A stretch of DNA of 64,000 nucleotides from Chrysomallon squamiferum (GCA_012295275.1 CM022671.1:19406001-19470000), one strand, 5' to 3'; shown: positions 23,922-39,921, counted from the stretch's first letter. Numbers and translations are program-made. Notes: generated from the letters alone by a model not told the origin.

Positions 23922-26444
23922 TACTGCTGTAACTACTACGACAACCAGAAATAGATGTTGATGTTGTGAAGCCCTACGCTACTATTTGCTCTATTTATGA
24001 GTCTGTGTTTGATGTGTTAACAGTGAATAAGTATATAACAAGTTAACTGCAGTAAACTGATTTGACATTCACAGGTTTACAGGTGGAAAAAAAAAAAAAA
24101 AGCTAGAAGGTACATTGTAAATTATGGCTGGTTTTTTTTTTTTTTTTTTTTTTAATAAACTGTGATTGGGACATATGTTAATCTAGTTGGTATTTGGTAG
24201 CTTGAGAATGCAATATTATTTATTGATGTTTCTCGTTAATCAGGAACAAGGTCTATTGATGTGCACATCAGTGAGTCAAACCTACAGGTTAACGTTCCAT
24301 GCTCTGTGCCTGACTGATGACCTTGACCTATGTGAGTTACACATTTTCATCACATTTACTAAAAAAAGAGCCCAGAAACAATAATTCATTCCCTTCGTTA
24401 TGTCCAGTCATGCTTAGTTAATTGGAACCCTCATTCATCAAGTAGTTTTGGACGTGCTTAAGTAATGTCTCGTTCAGGCTAAATTGACATATCTTACACC
24501 AAAAGACACGATATTAATTAGACAGGAAGATCACTTGCAGGGAAAGCAACCACAGCCATCAAGTTTTCTTGTATAATTCACATAAACCACAGCAATCAGT
24601 GACATCCACAACGTTGTCCTCCCTTCAACCTATTGATTTATTAGTAATAATTTTCCTTTAATCAAACACTCCTTTTATTGGCCAACGTTTTTGTATTTTA
24701 AATACTCCACACTTTATATCCCGTTCATTCTGCCAACTCCATGTAGCAGGTGCCTTTTATTGTCACGATGAAACGTCGAGCAATTATCAGTCATGCGTAA
24801 GTATGCTTGTAAATGGAGTTGTCTGAATAACAGTCTAATTTCACTGGTAAGGATGCTATTAATAATCGACATGGACAAAGATATTATTTCCGTGTTCAAG
24901 TTGTGTCATTTTTATCGGTCCAAATTTGACGATTCTGCATTGTTCCTTCAAGAAGTCTTTCTGCTTTACATTGTAAGAAAGTCTCAACAACAGGTTAACG
25001 TAGAATAACCTGGGTTCAATTATTTGATCTGTCTTGTACAGCTTGGAATATTAATATGGCTGAACAAAGCAGGCTCTTTTTCTTGACGTTACGGTGGGCA
25101 ACCTTACAAATTGAAATTATGATACAAATTGGAAAAAAAAAAAGAAGAAAAAAAAAAGAGACAAATTAAAGAAGTAAAACATAGTTGTCAACAAAATGAA
25201 GACTTAAAAAAACAGTCATTTGAAAATCATTTAATACTCGCATCATCCGCAGTCATTAGACAACCACTCTCAGTGGCAATTTGTTCTCAGCAACCTCTGT
25301 AAATAGATCAGTTAGTTTCCATTGTTGATACACAACATACCATATGACCAAGTATTTTGTCTTTGAATGATATAAACATACAGTTCATATATAAGATAAT
25401 CAGGAAAAGATTATGCTTTTTAGATACAGATAGCATGAAAAATTGTTGAAGAGAATAATCGGTATTTAAAATAAATAAATAAATAAATAAATAAACGAGT
25501 AAGTAAGTAAATAAATAAATAAAAAATAAAAATAAAAAATAAAATAAAATAAATAAATAAATAAATAATACAATATGATACTGGATTAAATGGTTGTCTA
25601 TATTCAGTCTTATTATCATCGTAATGTACATTAACGTATATAACTTTTCGTGCGGCTTGAAAGCTTACAACAACTTTAAAACCAAAATACATACATACAT
25701 ATTAAAATTAAAATAAAATGAAATAATAATAATAAAATAAATGAAATGTTTAAAAGAAAGATAGACAAAAGATATATAACGATTAAAGTGCTTAGATGTA
25801 ATGTCATTGAATATGCATGGTAGATTGAGTCCACAGAGATGAAATCACGAAAACAAACAAGAAGAAACGCTTTGGCTTATTTCTGTAAATGAATCTTTAA
25901 AATCTGGAAATCTCAAGGGGAAAAGAAGAAATATTGTCTAAGACAAGAGAAATGAATATATTTTTTGCAGTTTTCTAAAACAAAAAAGAAACAGAAACTT
26001 GTTGGATGAAAGGAAATATTTTGAATTTGGCTGAAATGATCATGCTGATGATTTTGTTGCCTGAATAAACATAATGATAGTGACATGATGATTAAGTAAC
26101 CTTTAAGAAAAAACAGAATGCGTATGTATGTGTGTGAGTCTGTCTATATATGTATGTATTTGTGTATGTATACATGCATATATTCATGTGTATAATTATG
26201 TATGTGTATATGTGTCCCTATATATAATTATGCGTATATTGTGTGGTTATGTATGCAGATTAATATTGTATGTTATATGAGTTTGAACAAGCAAAACTAC
26301 AGTAAGATATTCTGTGTTATGTTTTGATAATGTAAGTTTGTTTGTTACTGTATTAAAGTACATTCTTTGTACGTATTTGTACGTTACGTGTCAGTGACAA
26401 AACTATTGCATATCTTGTCTGAAGTAATGTTTTTCATCGGCAGG

Positions 26445-26488
<44 letters not shown>

Positions 26489-26984
26489 GAAAACAAAAAG
26501 AAAAACCAAATTTGAATTTTTTTTAATCTTTTTTTCTGATCCTTGTTTATAAACGATTCCTCTTTTTTTGTTTGATATTTTATACCAAACAAATGTTACG
26601 TTAATGTTAAAAATGAGCACAACTCAAAAAATCAACAGAAAACACAATTTATTGATTATGCAGCGAAACATGAAACACAGCGGAAATACAGTTTTTGACT
26701 GATGTTTGATACTGATTAAATCGAAAGTCTTAACCTTTCACTCAATTCCTTGGAAAAAGTCATGCAACTGATCAAAGCAATGATTTTTGTCAATAACATA
26801 ACTGTTGAATCTATGTATTTATGTATGTACATACGTATGAATGCGTTTAATTATGTATGTGTGTGTTTTTGTCTGTGTGTGTGTCCATTATATGTATGTA
26901 TAATTATATATACCTGTATTCTGTACTAGTATGCAAAATATATATGTGCAATTTTAAGAAAATAATATTTCCCGTTTGTCTTGT

Positions 26985-27026
<42 letters not shown>

Positions 27027-27412
27027 GTAAAATCTCAAAAGGCCGCCCATCACGCCTTGGAATAACTATTTACTAAATATGATGATATTTACATATTTAT
27101 ATCTCTTGAAAAGTCGCTACATCGCTTGTAACACTGTCAATATTGTTTTTTCGAACATGCAGAAGAAACTAAACGTGCAAGAAAAGCGAGCCGCGTTAAG
27201 CAGCTGTCAAAATAGATTACCCGTTGTTTACATGTTATCGATATCCATACCAGCACACAAGACGAATTTCCCAGTCGAATAAACACCAGTGAAGTGCTAC
27301 AATTGAAGTTGACACAAAGTAATTTGCCCGCCAACACACGGGAGATATTATACCGTGTCAGAATTCTTTGATTTAATACGGCAAATATTGACAGCTTTTA
27401 CTTTCTCCAATG

Positions 27413-27445
<33 letters not shown>

Positions 27446-30400
27446 AAGATCTCTGAAGACTGAATAAATAATTAAAATAGTCATGTTTTGAAAATAACAG
27501 TAAAATAAGAAAATCAAAAACAGATAAAACAGTTCTAATTACACAGAGCGGAACAGAAGTCACAATTATTTTATCTCGCCGAGGGACCACTTGTTGTTTA
27601 ATACATAACTGTGTCTGTGAACTTCTATTCTTCAGTGAAATCCATTATACGTAGAATTTGAGTTACGATTCTTTAATAATTTGAAATGAATCTATCTGTT
27701 TGTCTCTCTGTCTCCCAGTATGTCTGTCTCCCTGTCTCTCTGTGTCTCTTTCTGTTTATCTATCTGACCTGACTTACCTACATAACTGACTATATGTCCA
27801 TGTACATACATTCAAACATACAATATTAAATCATTATTTTATTTAAAGAAATAAATTAAACATTTTACAATGATTCGGTCTTTAATTAAAAAAAAAAAAG
27901 AAAAAAAGAAAAGAAAAATAAGACAACAAGAAACATATACTCTCAGAGATCTGCAAAAACACGTTGATACTAGTATGTTACATCAGGACACACCTCTCAT
28001 CAACGATATATTTAGACTTTAACGTAATTTACGTGCAGTTTATTAAGATTAAAGCGTATCCGACAGAAGACATCGAGTGGGAAGTAATAAAATTAGTTTC
28101 TATACTTCGTGGCTTTCTCGTTTGTTTCCAAAATTAACAGCCGGGTTTAGTTTTGTCATTACACTCTCCGAAATCTGTTTGAAACAAAGACATATAATCA
28201 CAAATCTATCTGTACTACACATTCCCATATGGATTAATCTATCTTGAATAACATGTTAATCTGAAACTCTGAAATTGACATTTTTTTTCTTTCTTCAGAA
28301 TATAACAATCAAGTATTCTCCGGAGACATGACTTTTCAGTAGTAGATGGTAGAGTAAGAATTTTATATAATAACATAACAACAGTATCTTAGCTTTTTGG
28401 TAGGTAGCTATAAAATGAACTTCAGGATCACATTTCAAAAGATTGTGGATCCTGAATTTAGGGCCACTTTTCTTAAGCTAAAGAGTTGACATTCTTTTGA
28501 AAAAAACATTACATTCGATTATGGTTACGTGTATGAAAATAATATTTTTCATGTAACTTGGGTTTTAAGCATGTAACTTCATTTTCCAGTTGTTTTCATT
28601 CTTGTGGGGGAAAAAAAGGACAAAATGTTTTTTGATAATTATATAAGATATTTTTACATCTATTACAGTACAGAGCAAAATACAGTTGTACAGCGTGAGG
28701 AGCAAAAAGAATATCAGTTCACTGTCAGTGAACATGTTTTCGATAATTACTTCTTCAACTTAACGGACGCTAGGCATTCAGTTCGCATGCCAAAATTGAC
28801 AGGTCAGAGATAATCACTGACTTTTTCAGTGACGTATTCCAAGTCATAGAAACACAATGAACCATCTGCAATAACGATACCTTCCAGTCTTAATATTTCC
28901 TAAACTTCCAAAACAAACAAGTGCATAATTTTATAACTAAGATAATTTCCAGATAAGTGTAAAATTATATCTAAAGACAGTATTCTAAATAACAGTTGTA
29001 TGTTATACATTTTGTATCTTCACTTTATCAAAAGAAGACTACATTTTTGATACCAAATACAGTATAATAGTGCAATACTAATTAAACGTAATTGTTTAGG
29101 TAATTCTATTCCTACTTCATAGAATCACTGGAATTCAAATTTCTTTCAAAAGTTGAATTTTTCTTTTTAATTATATTCTCACTTTTTTCTTCTTAATTTT
29201 TACTGTTATCTTAATGCATATTTCAATAATATTCACAATGTTTGTTTCACGGCTACTTAAATTACACGTGGCTACAACGAGTGTCCACTGTGACGCGGTT
29301 TGACTGCACTTTAACCAGCAGTGACAGTTTAAAATGGAAGTGCTCTTTTCGAAGACGAGAGCTACTTTCTGCTGTTTTGATCTAAACGGTCTAATGACAG
29401 ATAGTAATTAAAAGTGACGTCTGGTGGATATTTAATTAAAGTACGTCCGTGTGAGAGGAATACTTTAAAAGTGCACGATAGCCTTCTCATTAGTTAATCC
29501 GTTCAGATTTTATACATTATTACAAACTATACACGTATCTATACACCACCCACACACACATCATATATATCATATGTGTATGTGTATATTTTAATATGTA
29601 TGTTTTTTATTCTTAAATGTTTACATATTCTTTGATTATGTTTGTATGTGTATATATGTGTCACTGCATATTTATGTGTACATAAGTATGAGTATGTATG
29701 TATGTGTTTCTATCCGTAAATATGCATGTACGTGAATTTGTTTCTCTGTTATTATTATTTCTTGTGTGTGTACGTGCGTATTTATTTAAATAAGTCTTGT
29801 CCTTGTTTCTGTGTACGTTCAAATATATTCTGTAAAGACTTGTGTCAGTATGCGTATGTATGTATCTATATATTAGTAACTGTGTATGTAGATATATATA
29901 TATATATCTACGCACGCATGGATGTCTATGTTTGTATGGATGTGAAATAATTATATATATATATATAATTGTATGTATGCAAGCATATTAGTACACATGT
30001 TTGTGTGAATGTGTATATATGTGTATATGTGTGTGTGTGTTCATACGTGTGTGTATGTCTTTCAGTCTGCCTCTGTCTACCCATGTGCACGTGCATGTGT
30101 TCATACAAAAGTTGAAGTCGGGTTGCTGTGCAGATTGGTTAGCGCGTTTCTTGTCGTTGATCCCAACCTTTTTTCTATGAAGTGCGAGGTAAAACAACGG
30201 GTCTCAGCTGGTCACTTATTCCTCTCGCTTCTTTCTTTGTTTCTACATTTGGGATCAACTGATGAAAATGTTCATCTTTTCTCACTGTCGTTTCTCTGTG
30301 GCCTTCTTTGCAAGTGGACACACTTTTTGAGAATTAAAATTCCTTTGACTCACACTGGTTCTGTTTCGTCTCGAGTTTCAGTCAGCGTAAAATGATTTTG

Positions 30401-30802
30401 TTAATTTTTTGGTAAAATTTAATTTTGGAAGCAGCAAAATGTTGATTTTCTGAGCAGTTCAGTACGGTATTTAATAATCATTTGTTCAGGTTTAACCCTT
30501 TTGAAATATGGCTCAGAATTTCAACTGCAGTTGTTGGTGACAAATGTGTTTACACCTCGACTTTTCAAACTGAAATGACCATTGTTACTAATGTCAAGCT
30601 AGTTATTCTCTAAAGAAATGACGTCAAACAACTGATTAGAATTGTTTCCCTTTACTTAAATATATATATATATCATTATTTTATAGAGATTAGTTATGTA
30701 TATAAATTTTTGAATTCAGTGATTTTTTTTAATGAGAGATATTCCATTCTTTTGTAAATATATTCAGCTATAATTTAGTAAAAAATAGTCATAATATCAC
30801 AA

Positions 30803-30833
<31 letters not shown>

Positions 30834-30867
30834 TATTGCTAATGAATGAATGATTTATTTATTTATT

Positions 30868-30875
<8 letters not shown>

Positions 30876-30950
<75 letters not shown>
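30876..30950. repeat. (ATT)n microsatellite
   Basis: Direct inspection. Confidence 0.97.
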
Positions 30951-30951
<1 letters not shown>

Positions 30952-31649
30952 TTAAGAAATAAATTCAAAAGTAATCTAAACCTATGTTTTACAAACGGTT
31001 TAGCTTGGGAACATCGACATGGCCTAGTTAACATCAAAAATTAGATAAAGTGGGTAAAAACCTAATCCTCTCCTTTAGATCAACTAACTAATGTAATACC
31101 AACTAAAGACAAATGAAGCAGAATAGCTATATTGAAAACTAGAGCAAACAGGTAATCAATATATAGTGAAAAAGAAAGTGTCAGTCGGTCACAACATTAA
31201 TGAAAAAAAAAACAATGGACGCGTGTATTCCACATTTCCCGTTCCTAGGTGCAGTGTTCAAAATAGATCTAAAACAAGTCTACATACGTATTAATATTCT
31301 TCTTTAGTAGGCTAATTATAATCATAGGTCATCAGTGTATAAAATATGCGAGTAATTAAGTAAATAAAATCTAAAACTTATTTTGGGATTTATGAATTTT
31401 GTTTTCCATATAAATCCTATTAGCTACTATTATCAATAGACACTACCCATAAAATGTATTTATTAGACGAAAATATCTATGAAAGCCACATACTATATAC
31501 AAATTCGATTACTGGACTAATTTTGTATTCTGTATACGTGGATATAATTATAATTTACTCCACGAGACTTGTAGCTTACAAATACTTTTACATAGAAAAG
31601 ACAGTTAGATTCTAATAAAAGTGTAACAGTTATTAATAATATTATTATG

Positions 31650-31720
31650 TAGTCTGTGGTGTTTTTATTATGATTATGATTATGAATATGATGATGATGA
31701 TGAAGATGATGATGATGATG

Positions 31721-31785
<65 letters not shown>

Positions 31786-31828
31786 CATTACTATGTAGTT
31801 TTTGACTTTATTTTTTTCTTAAAAATTA

Positions 31829-31891
<63 letters not shown>

Positions 31892-32075
31892 CTTGCTGTT
31901 ACCATAATCAACATCAATGACATTATCATATAATTATCATAATCATTTTTATTAATAGGTGCCTACACTATTGTCTTTTCTCCTTAGTTATAGCTGTTAG
32001 TGTTTTTATTATGAGTATGATTATGAATATAATGATGATTATGATGGTTGTTATTATTATTATTATTATTAATGT
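31650..32075. repeat. Compound (GAT)/(ATT)/(AAT) repeat block with direct and inverted copies
   Basis: GTTTTTATTATGA.TATGATTATGAATAT at ~31661 and ~32002; (ATT)n 31721-31785 faces (AAT)n 31829-31891. Confidence 0.8.
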
Positions 32076-32526
32076 CAAGACACATGTACTTTTATGTTTT
32101 CTTTGTCCTTGCTTGCTCAGTGAGCAGGAGGAAACTTAATACGATAACTGAGAACTGATACCAGGAAGTTAGAACGACCGACCTTCATTAAGTCTGAACT
32201 TATTCCTGTAGAGAGGACACTCGGATAAGGAATGCAGGAATTACAATGATAATTGAAATGAAAATTAAATTAGGTTGACAATTTATAATAAGCGTCAATG
32301 AAAAGAAAATATTTGCGTTATGGGAACCTAATAAAATCTTGCAGAATGTCAGATAATTTGACATTTTTAATAAATGAAAAAAAAAAAAAAATTATATAAA
32401 GCATCTTCTTAAAAACAGTTTTTGCTCGCCAATGATATTTACAATAAATAAATAAATAAATAAAATATAATATTGTAAGCAATGGATCAAAATATGAATG
32501 ACTGAATAAATAACTATATAAATAGA

Positions 32527-32557
<31 letters not shown>

Positions 32558-33338
32558 ATATAGTCGTATTTATAATAAATGTTGTGGTTGTTACAGAATA
32601 AGCAGCAGTAAAGCACCAATCATAAAGTTCAGAGGATTGATGGTTCTGAAACCAAACTATAATTTAAATACAGAAATAGGACTTGGTTCTGCAGTGGTAA
32701 TAAACGCTTGATCGAAAGTCATTGTGCCCGTAGTAGAGATGGAAAAAAATTTAAGTTACCACATCTTGTGAGACTTATCGAGCCTTGGTCATTAAATTGC
32801 ATAGCATGTCTTATCAATTTATTGAGTTCTCATCTTGGATATTTCTGACAATATTTCCCATCTTTATTATACACATCTTGAAATCTACTGATGAGAATAT
32901 TTTAAATTTGATCGTAACATGAAATGAAATGAATAAACAGAATATCTTGAATTTTATGGAACGCTGAAAAGTAATCAAATAAGAGAACTGAAAGGTATAT
33001 ATATATATATATACCTTTTGCGTTAAGCATAGCGTGTCACCTAGGAATTCTTACTGATATTAAATGAATTAATTATGACAAGTTATATAATGGTCATGGC
33101 ATGGCCGATTACACAAAAGTTTATGCTACAAAAAAAAAAAAAAAAAAAAAACAACAACAAAATATTGCACAAAAAACGACTTTACACAAAACATTACTTG
33201 CAATAAAAACCATGGGTTAAATGCAAACGTTGTCTGTCACACAATGGAGAAAATATTACATCAAACATGACATAAAACCTACTCAACACACCTAATTCAC
33301 AATGGCTACTAACATTTACACAGATACACACATTACAC

Positions 33339-33372
<34 letters not shown>

Positions 33373-34612
33373 AACACAAACACATACATACACCACATAC
33401 AAATACAAATATACATTCTAAAGATGATCTGTGAGATAAAGAGTATCTTATATAGGACAAACACAGAAATTCTGTCTGTTGTACAACAAATGATGTTTGT
33501 GTCAGTGGAAGACAAATCACATTTATGATGACCTATTAAATAGATATTCTGTCAGACTAAAGATGGTAAACTGACATTAACATGTTATCCAACGAATGAC
33601 TACCAAAGATAGGTATAGCTTGTACAGCACTGACATACATTAAATTCTGGGGACTAAAATATTACTGTTGTTTTTGATGATGTTTCTTCTTGTTTTTTTT
33701 CTTCGTCTGCTTCTTCTTGTTCTCGTTCTTCTTCTTGTTCTTGTAGTTGTTGTAGTTGTTGTTGTTGTTGTTGTTGTTGTTGTTCTTCTTCTTCTTCTTC
33801 TTATTATTTTTTTTAAAAACTTGCATTTTGCCGATTGCGAACTCTATGGTTTCAATATCATCTCGAGCTTGATTATTAGTATTAATTTAGTTGACTTGTT
33901 ATTGTTAATGTTCATGAATTTAAAATGACTGTAAAGATATGGCGCTGCACGACTCTTATAGAATAAACTGTTATATGCTGGTAAACGAACCCATCTAACA
34001 ATCAATCAATCTTGAAAAATCATAAGAAAAGAAAAAGAAACAGAAATGTATATCGAAGTTTCAACATGACATACACATAAATAAAAAATACGTCAATCTG
34101 TTTTAAAAGTATATATATTCTTTTACTTACTTTACAATATTAAATAAAAATATATATAAAAATATATTTTGATATAGGACTGAAAGTAAGTAATGATCTA
34201 CCACAGAAAGAATTTTTAAAACGATTACTGACAGTTTTTACAAAAGATTCTGTCATTTACAGACTAAGAAACGTTCCAGAATGTCACTGTATTTGTAGTA
34301 CTATAATGAACAGTACGTTTTGAATTGGTTACAAAAATATGGTGACATAACGCCCATGGATTTCCTTTCTGAATAATTACAGTCTGTTGACGACACACTC
34401 AGCTGTTCTTCGCCTACACAAAGAATTTTCAGACTCATTACTGATAAGACGTTTATAATGTAGTAGTATCGGCTTGAGGCTAATATACAAAGGTGGACAA
34501 AATTTTAAATTGATTTCAAGGACTCAGGGAACAGATATATTAGTTATAGACTCCATTACTTCACGATATCAAGTAGTAACAACAACAACAGCAGCGGTAA
34601 ATAATGATGATG

Positions 34613-34664
<52 letters not shown>

Positions 34665-36609
34665 CGATGTTGATAACTATTACTTTTATTATTGTTGTTG
34701 TAGTTGTGTATATGTTTATATATTTGTATGTAGAAATTTATGTCCGTTCTTGTATCATTCTTTGTGTGAGTATGCAATTTTATTTTATTTACAGCATTTT
34801 TAAGGAAACTGTGTTAAACATATTCAGTTAATTTTAGTTTTACACTTCAGTTTTCTGAACTTTTTTTCTTAACGCTGTAAAACTGTTTTATTCTTTGCCA
34901 ATGAAGTCATCGCCAAAGACAACAGATAATGACGCCATTTCTTGACAGCTGATTTTTATGGTTTCTTTCTACAGACGTTTAAGTACGAGGCAGAGACTAG
35001 ACAGGACAAGGTCTCTGGATTTAAAAGGTGTAATTGGACATCTGCAGTGACTGATAAACATGATTTATGAGACTTGGAGATTCTAGGTCATTGCAAGTCA
35101 TTATTAAATGTTGACAAGACAGTTTATACAGATACTCTGATGAAAACGCTGGACACAATATATCTTCTTTTTTTTTATTGTTAATTTGAAAGAAGCTTCA
35201 TGATGATATATATAGCCTTCTTGGAAGCAACAAAAATAGCGTTCTTGGAAGCAACAAAAATAATAAATAATAATAAAAAATAAATAATATGTACTAAAAT
35301 AATAATTTAAAAAAAATAAACACGTCATCAAAAGCAGTAACAACAAAATAATGGATGAATAATTGAATAAAAATGGTAAACAAAATAAACATAATAAAAA
35401 AAAAAAAAAAAAATAATAATAATAAATTTAATACTTTGTATATCAATAAATAAAAGCATGGCACACGCATTAACGCTGTAACTGTCCCAACCCCAAGAAA
35501 AACACCGCCATACAAAAAAAAAAAAAAAAAAAAAACATATGATTAATTTAGTGCATCATCATACACTAATTTTAATCAAATCTCACAAAACACATAACCA
35601 TCATACAGAAAAAAAACACACAAAAGAATACAAAAAACAAACAACACAAAATAAAGAGTGAAACGACGAAATGAAAAAAATGATAACTACAACAACAAAC
35701 AATCACACTCGAAGAAAATAAAATTTATTAACAAGAATTCAAGTAAATGAATAATATTACATCACACACTGAAAGAAAGGCTGAAAATATTAACCTTTTA
35801 GGGCGAACAATAATCTGTGCCCTAGTTGCAGAACAATTAACCTTTATTCTGAAAACCCCTCGCAGGAATTGGCTTACAAGACTTGATTGGAATTCCTAAT
35901 CGTTTATGTTAAAGCCAAAGGTTCTGCTGACCAAAATTACTGTACTGGATTCACCTGCCATTATAGAAATCTTCTTGTTTTACTGACACAACCATTTACG
36001 AAAATTGCTGATACCCGAAGCGTTTTTATTTTGTAAAAGCGTTTTCGTTCCCGTGATAATTTTGACTAGCAGATAAGAATTAACGATGCGACTGTGTTCG
36101 TTAACTGCTTCCAGGATTTACTGGGAAATACATACAGGATTTGAAACAATATTAACCTATTTATATCATTATTTGCAATTCTTTATCCAGTAATCGTAGC
36201 AAAGTGGCATCCAAGTAATCAGTTCAGGACTATTATTATTATTTCTTTTCCTTTTTTGTAACGCTGAAGAAGTATGATCTTCGATTTGAATTAATATTTG
36301 TAACAAATGCGACGAAGACAAGATCTAACATAAAATAAAATACAATAAAATAAAATAAAATCAATAACTAACTAAATAAATACATTTTTAAAATAATAAA
36401 AAGAACAAGCAACAAAAGAACAGACCTTCCCTACACCCTTCTCCCAAAGAAACGCCCACAAACAAACTGTGTTAATTTAAACTCACTCATTACACATCAA
36501 TTACTATATTAAAAAAAAAAAAAAAAAAACAAAAAAAAAAAAAAAATAAAAAAAAATAAAAATAAAAATAAAACTAAAAAAATTAATAAAAATAAAATAA
36601 AAATAAAAA

Positions 36610-36650
<41 letters not shown>

Positions 36651-37607
36651 ATATCATTTCAAAAAAATCTCTATCAAAAAAGTTTGCCAAATCGATTTGC
36701 AGTTAAGGTTGATTTTACATGAAAATAAAATCTGGTACAGTTAAAGTTTGTATTTCCATGTTATCAATAATATAATGATACATTATTGTCTTAAATTCTA
36801 TAACCAATCTTTTCCATGCAACACCCCACGCATTTATATGCATATATAACTTCTATCTGGTATGTGTTAGGTTACATCTGGTTCAATTTAGTTCCATGAT
36901 GATCATGACACAAAAAATACATATTTTTTAAACGTAACACGTGAAAAGACTTGTAAAACTAATTGTAATAATCAATGAACACGTTTAATTTTCCCGTTAA
37001 TCCATAATAACGTAAAAGAAATGTTTTGATGTCGTGTGGATTATTTAGAAAACAGATAAAATAAATTAGTTACAGCACTGCGATAACACAGATATCATGT
37101 TTTATCGGTTTCATCTTGGTGCGATATATTCGTGCGATATTTTCGAGCTCTCGGAAGCCGTATCTAGTTCACATCAAACGTATTACGAGAGTTTCCTTAA
37201 AAAAAAAAAAAAAATAAAAAATAAAAGATTGAGAAAGAAATGTGTATCTTTACGATATATGGTGTGAACCTGTCTTAAGCACTAATCGTTGTGATCAATC
37301 AACGTCTTGGCCATTCGGTTCACATTGTAATGAATTATGCAGACATTGGTAGAGGAATGAGTTTGAATAAATACCAGACTTTGCAGTTTTTCTTAAAGAA
37401 ACACGCCAAACAAAGAAGTGGCTAACCCTGCTTTTATTTCTTGATGGCAATATATTGACGTATGCTTTATTATATTTTTTACGCTCAGGGTTTTTCAACA
37501 GTCTGTTAAGGTTATGAAAGAAAGTAAAATATTTTGAATTTAACATTTCTTTCTACATATTTTAATCTATGTTTACAAAGTGTTATTTGTGTTATTCAAT
37601 TTTAAAG

Positions 37608-37706
37608 AAAACTTGCTACAGCAATAGTCGACTCTTTTTTTCTGTTAGCAGCAAGGGATGTATTATGTGCACCTTCCCAGAGAGTGGAAAAGACATACTA
37701 TGATCT
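37608..37706 (-). mobile_element. tRNA-SINE central-core fragment
   Basis: TTAGCAGCAAGGGATGTATTATGTGCACCTTCCCAG; related to 38660 and, in opposite orientation, to ~53210. Confidence 0.6.
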
Positions 37707-38529
37707 AAAATAAAATAAAAGGTGGAAACTTGCTGGGAAGGCCACTGCCCCAGTAATACCTGTGAATAATAAAAAAAGTTTAGTAGGTAGAATAAAGAAT
37801 TACTATTATTTTTTTAATATTTTAAAACTTTATTTTAAAAAAGGTAACTAAAACATAAAAAATGTTGACAAACACAAAAATAGTGAAAAAGAGTATTACT
37901 AATACTAAACTACTTGCATTACAATACTATCTTTCTGCAAATCTACTACTATTAATTCTGCAACTACTATTTCTACTATTGCCATTTCTACTGCTACTAC
38001 AACCAGTACTCTTACTACAATTACTATTAATGTATATATTATTATTATTATTATCGTCATTATCATAACCATTATTACTGTTATGATCACATTATTATCA
38101 TTAAAAAAATAAACGAAAGATCTGCGCCACAGTGATATAAATATTAAAAAAACGAAAAATACCTCACATAATGAATCCAAATATATACCAGATCAAAAGC
38201 TATATAAATATAAAAGATCAAACAAAAATATGTTTCTCTGAGAGATTGTCAGCTGTGCTATTTGCCTTTTTACTTCTGTCAGTTTTTTTTTGATTAACTT
38301 TAAAATGTATTTACTCGTTTACTGATCGATTGAACAGTTAGATCTAAAAGTAGCAAAAACAAACGTCATTTGTGGTCAGTGAAACAGCAGGGTTTATCAG
38401 TTTGTAAACAGCAACATTTGTACTGGTCATTAATTTGTTCAGTCTTTATTGACAGAAGTAATTAATGTTTGACCACATCTCGAAAAATAAAACATACTGG
38501 CTAGTAAAAATGAATATGACAAATGAATC

Positions 38530-38683
38530 AATGTCTATTTGTGTAAATGACCATTCAATGCATTTTAACGTTAACACGTTATAAGCATATCATTTTTTAT
38601 TTAATATACTGATCTGAAAGGAAACATGCTGCGACTAATCCTAGGGCTTCTTTTATAGATTAGCAGCCAGGAATCTTTTATAT
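38530..38683 (-). mobile_element. tRNA-SINE 3' half fragment
   Basis: GGAAACATGCTGCGACT..GGGCTTCTTTT..GATTAGCAGCCAGGAATCTTTTATAT; shares the core with 37645. Confidence 0.55.
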
Positions 38684-38821
38684 ATTGATAAATAAATATT
38701 TTAGTTTGAAAGTTGTTAATTAGATAATGATGAATCTTCTTCCATCACAAAACATTGAGATTATTAAGCAAACACAAAATTCGCCCTTCTCTCTCTCAGT
38801 GCAAACTGACGAAATCAGAAA

Positions 38822-38884
<63 letters not shown>

Positions 38885-39883
38885 ATAAATATAAAAATAA
38901 ATAAAATAAAATAAATTAAAGAAATAAAGAAAGAAAGAATAAGAAATAAAATCTTAAATCATAAACAAGAAATATGGGTAAAGTTCTGAATAACAAAAAC
39001 TGAAGTTATTAAATAACTAAGAACTTAACTAATAATATTTTTAAACGACACGTTTGTAAATACACATTAGACATCAAGCAATTATTTATCTTTTATAATT
39101 CGGGTCTTCTCAGTGATCACTTCATTTATTTCCTGTTCCAACCAAGTCATCGTTGCAATCATAAAAAATGCTAAGAGGAAACATGCTGATCCACACAGAT
39201 TGTTTAAATTCATCGAGAATAGGAAATATATAACTTATGATACAATCCATCCTTCTCAGAACAAATCATTACCCCTAAATTATATGTCCCTACAAACAGT
39301 TTGTATATAAATATGAATCAGAAAATCTAAATCAGTGTGAATAAAAACAAGAGAAAAAAAAAAAAAAAAATCCAGAAAAGCAAACAAGATTCCTCATGGA
39401 ATTTTCAAATCCATTATATGTTGTTTTTGTTTCTTTTGGGAAGCGTCTATCAGTGCGAAGAAGGAAACACAGACATTGCTTGAACAAGTTGTGCAGTGTG
39501 AGAAAGACTGAGTTATTTTAAAACATGTGATTAATCTGACAGCGAAAACACTGAAGTATGACTGACATTTCTCCAATTTTTTTTTATTTTTTTTTAAATC
39601 CATAAAAAGAATTTTTAAATATAATTTAAAAAAATAAACAATCTATACCAGAAAAAGAAAAAAAGAAAAAAGAGATCTGAAAGAAACACAAAAGCGACAA
39701 TAAAGTAAATAATAAAGGTTCAGTGACATATATACACACATATATACATACACACACATTCATACAAACATACTAATATAAACTTTTCTAAGACAGGCAC
39801 TTACAATACTGTATATATGTATGTAAGTATGTCTGTATGTATGTATGTACGTGTGCATATGTGTATATGCATGTATGTATGTC

Positions 39884-39921
<38 letters not shown>

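Noticed and set aside
28299-28353. Exon-like segment between TTCTTCAG and GTAAGA
   Set aside because: Stops in all three frames; splice-like words are common by chance in AT-rich DNA. A UTR exon cannot be excluded but is unsupported.
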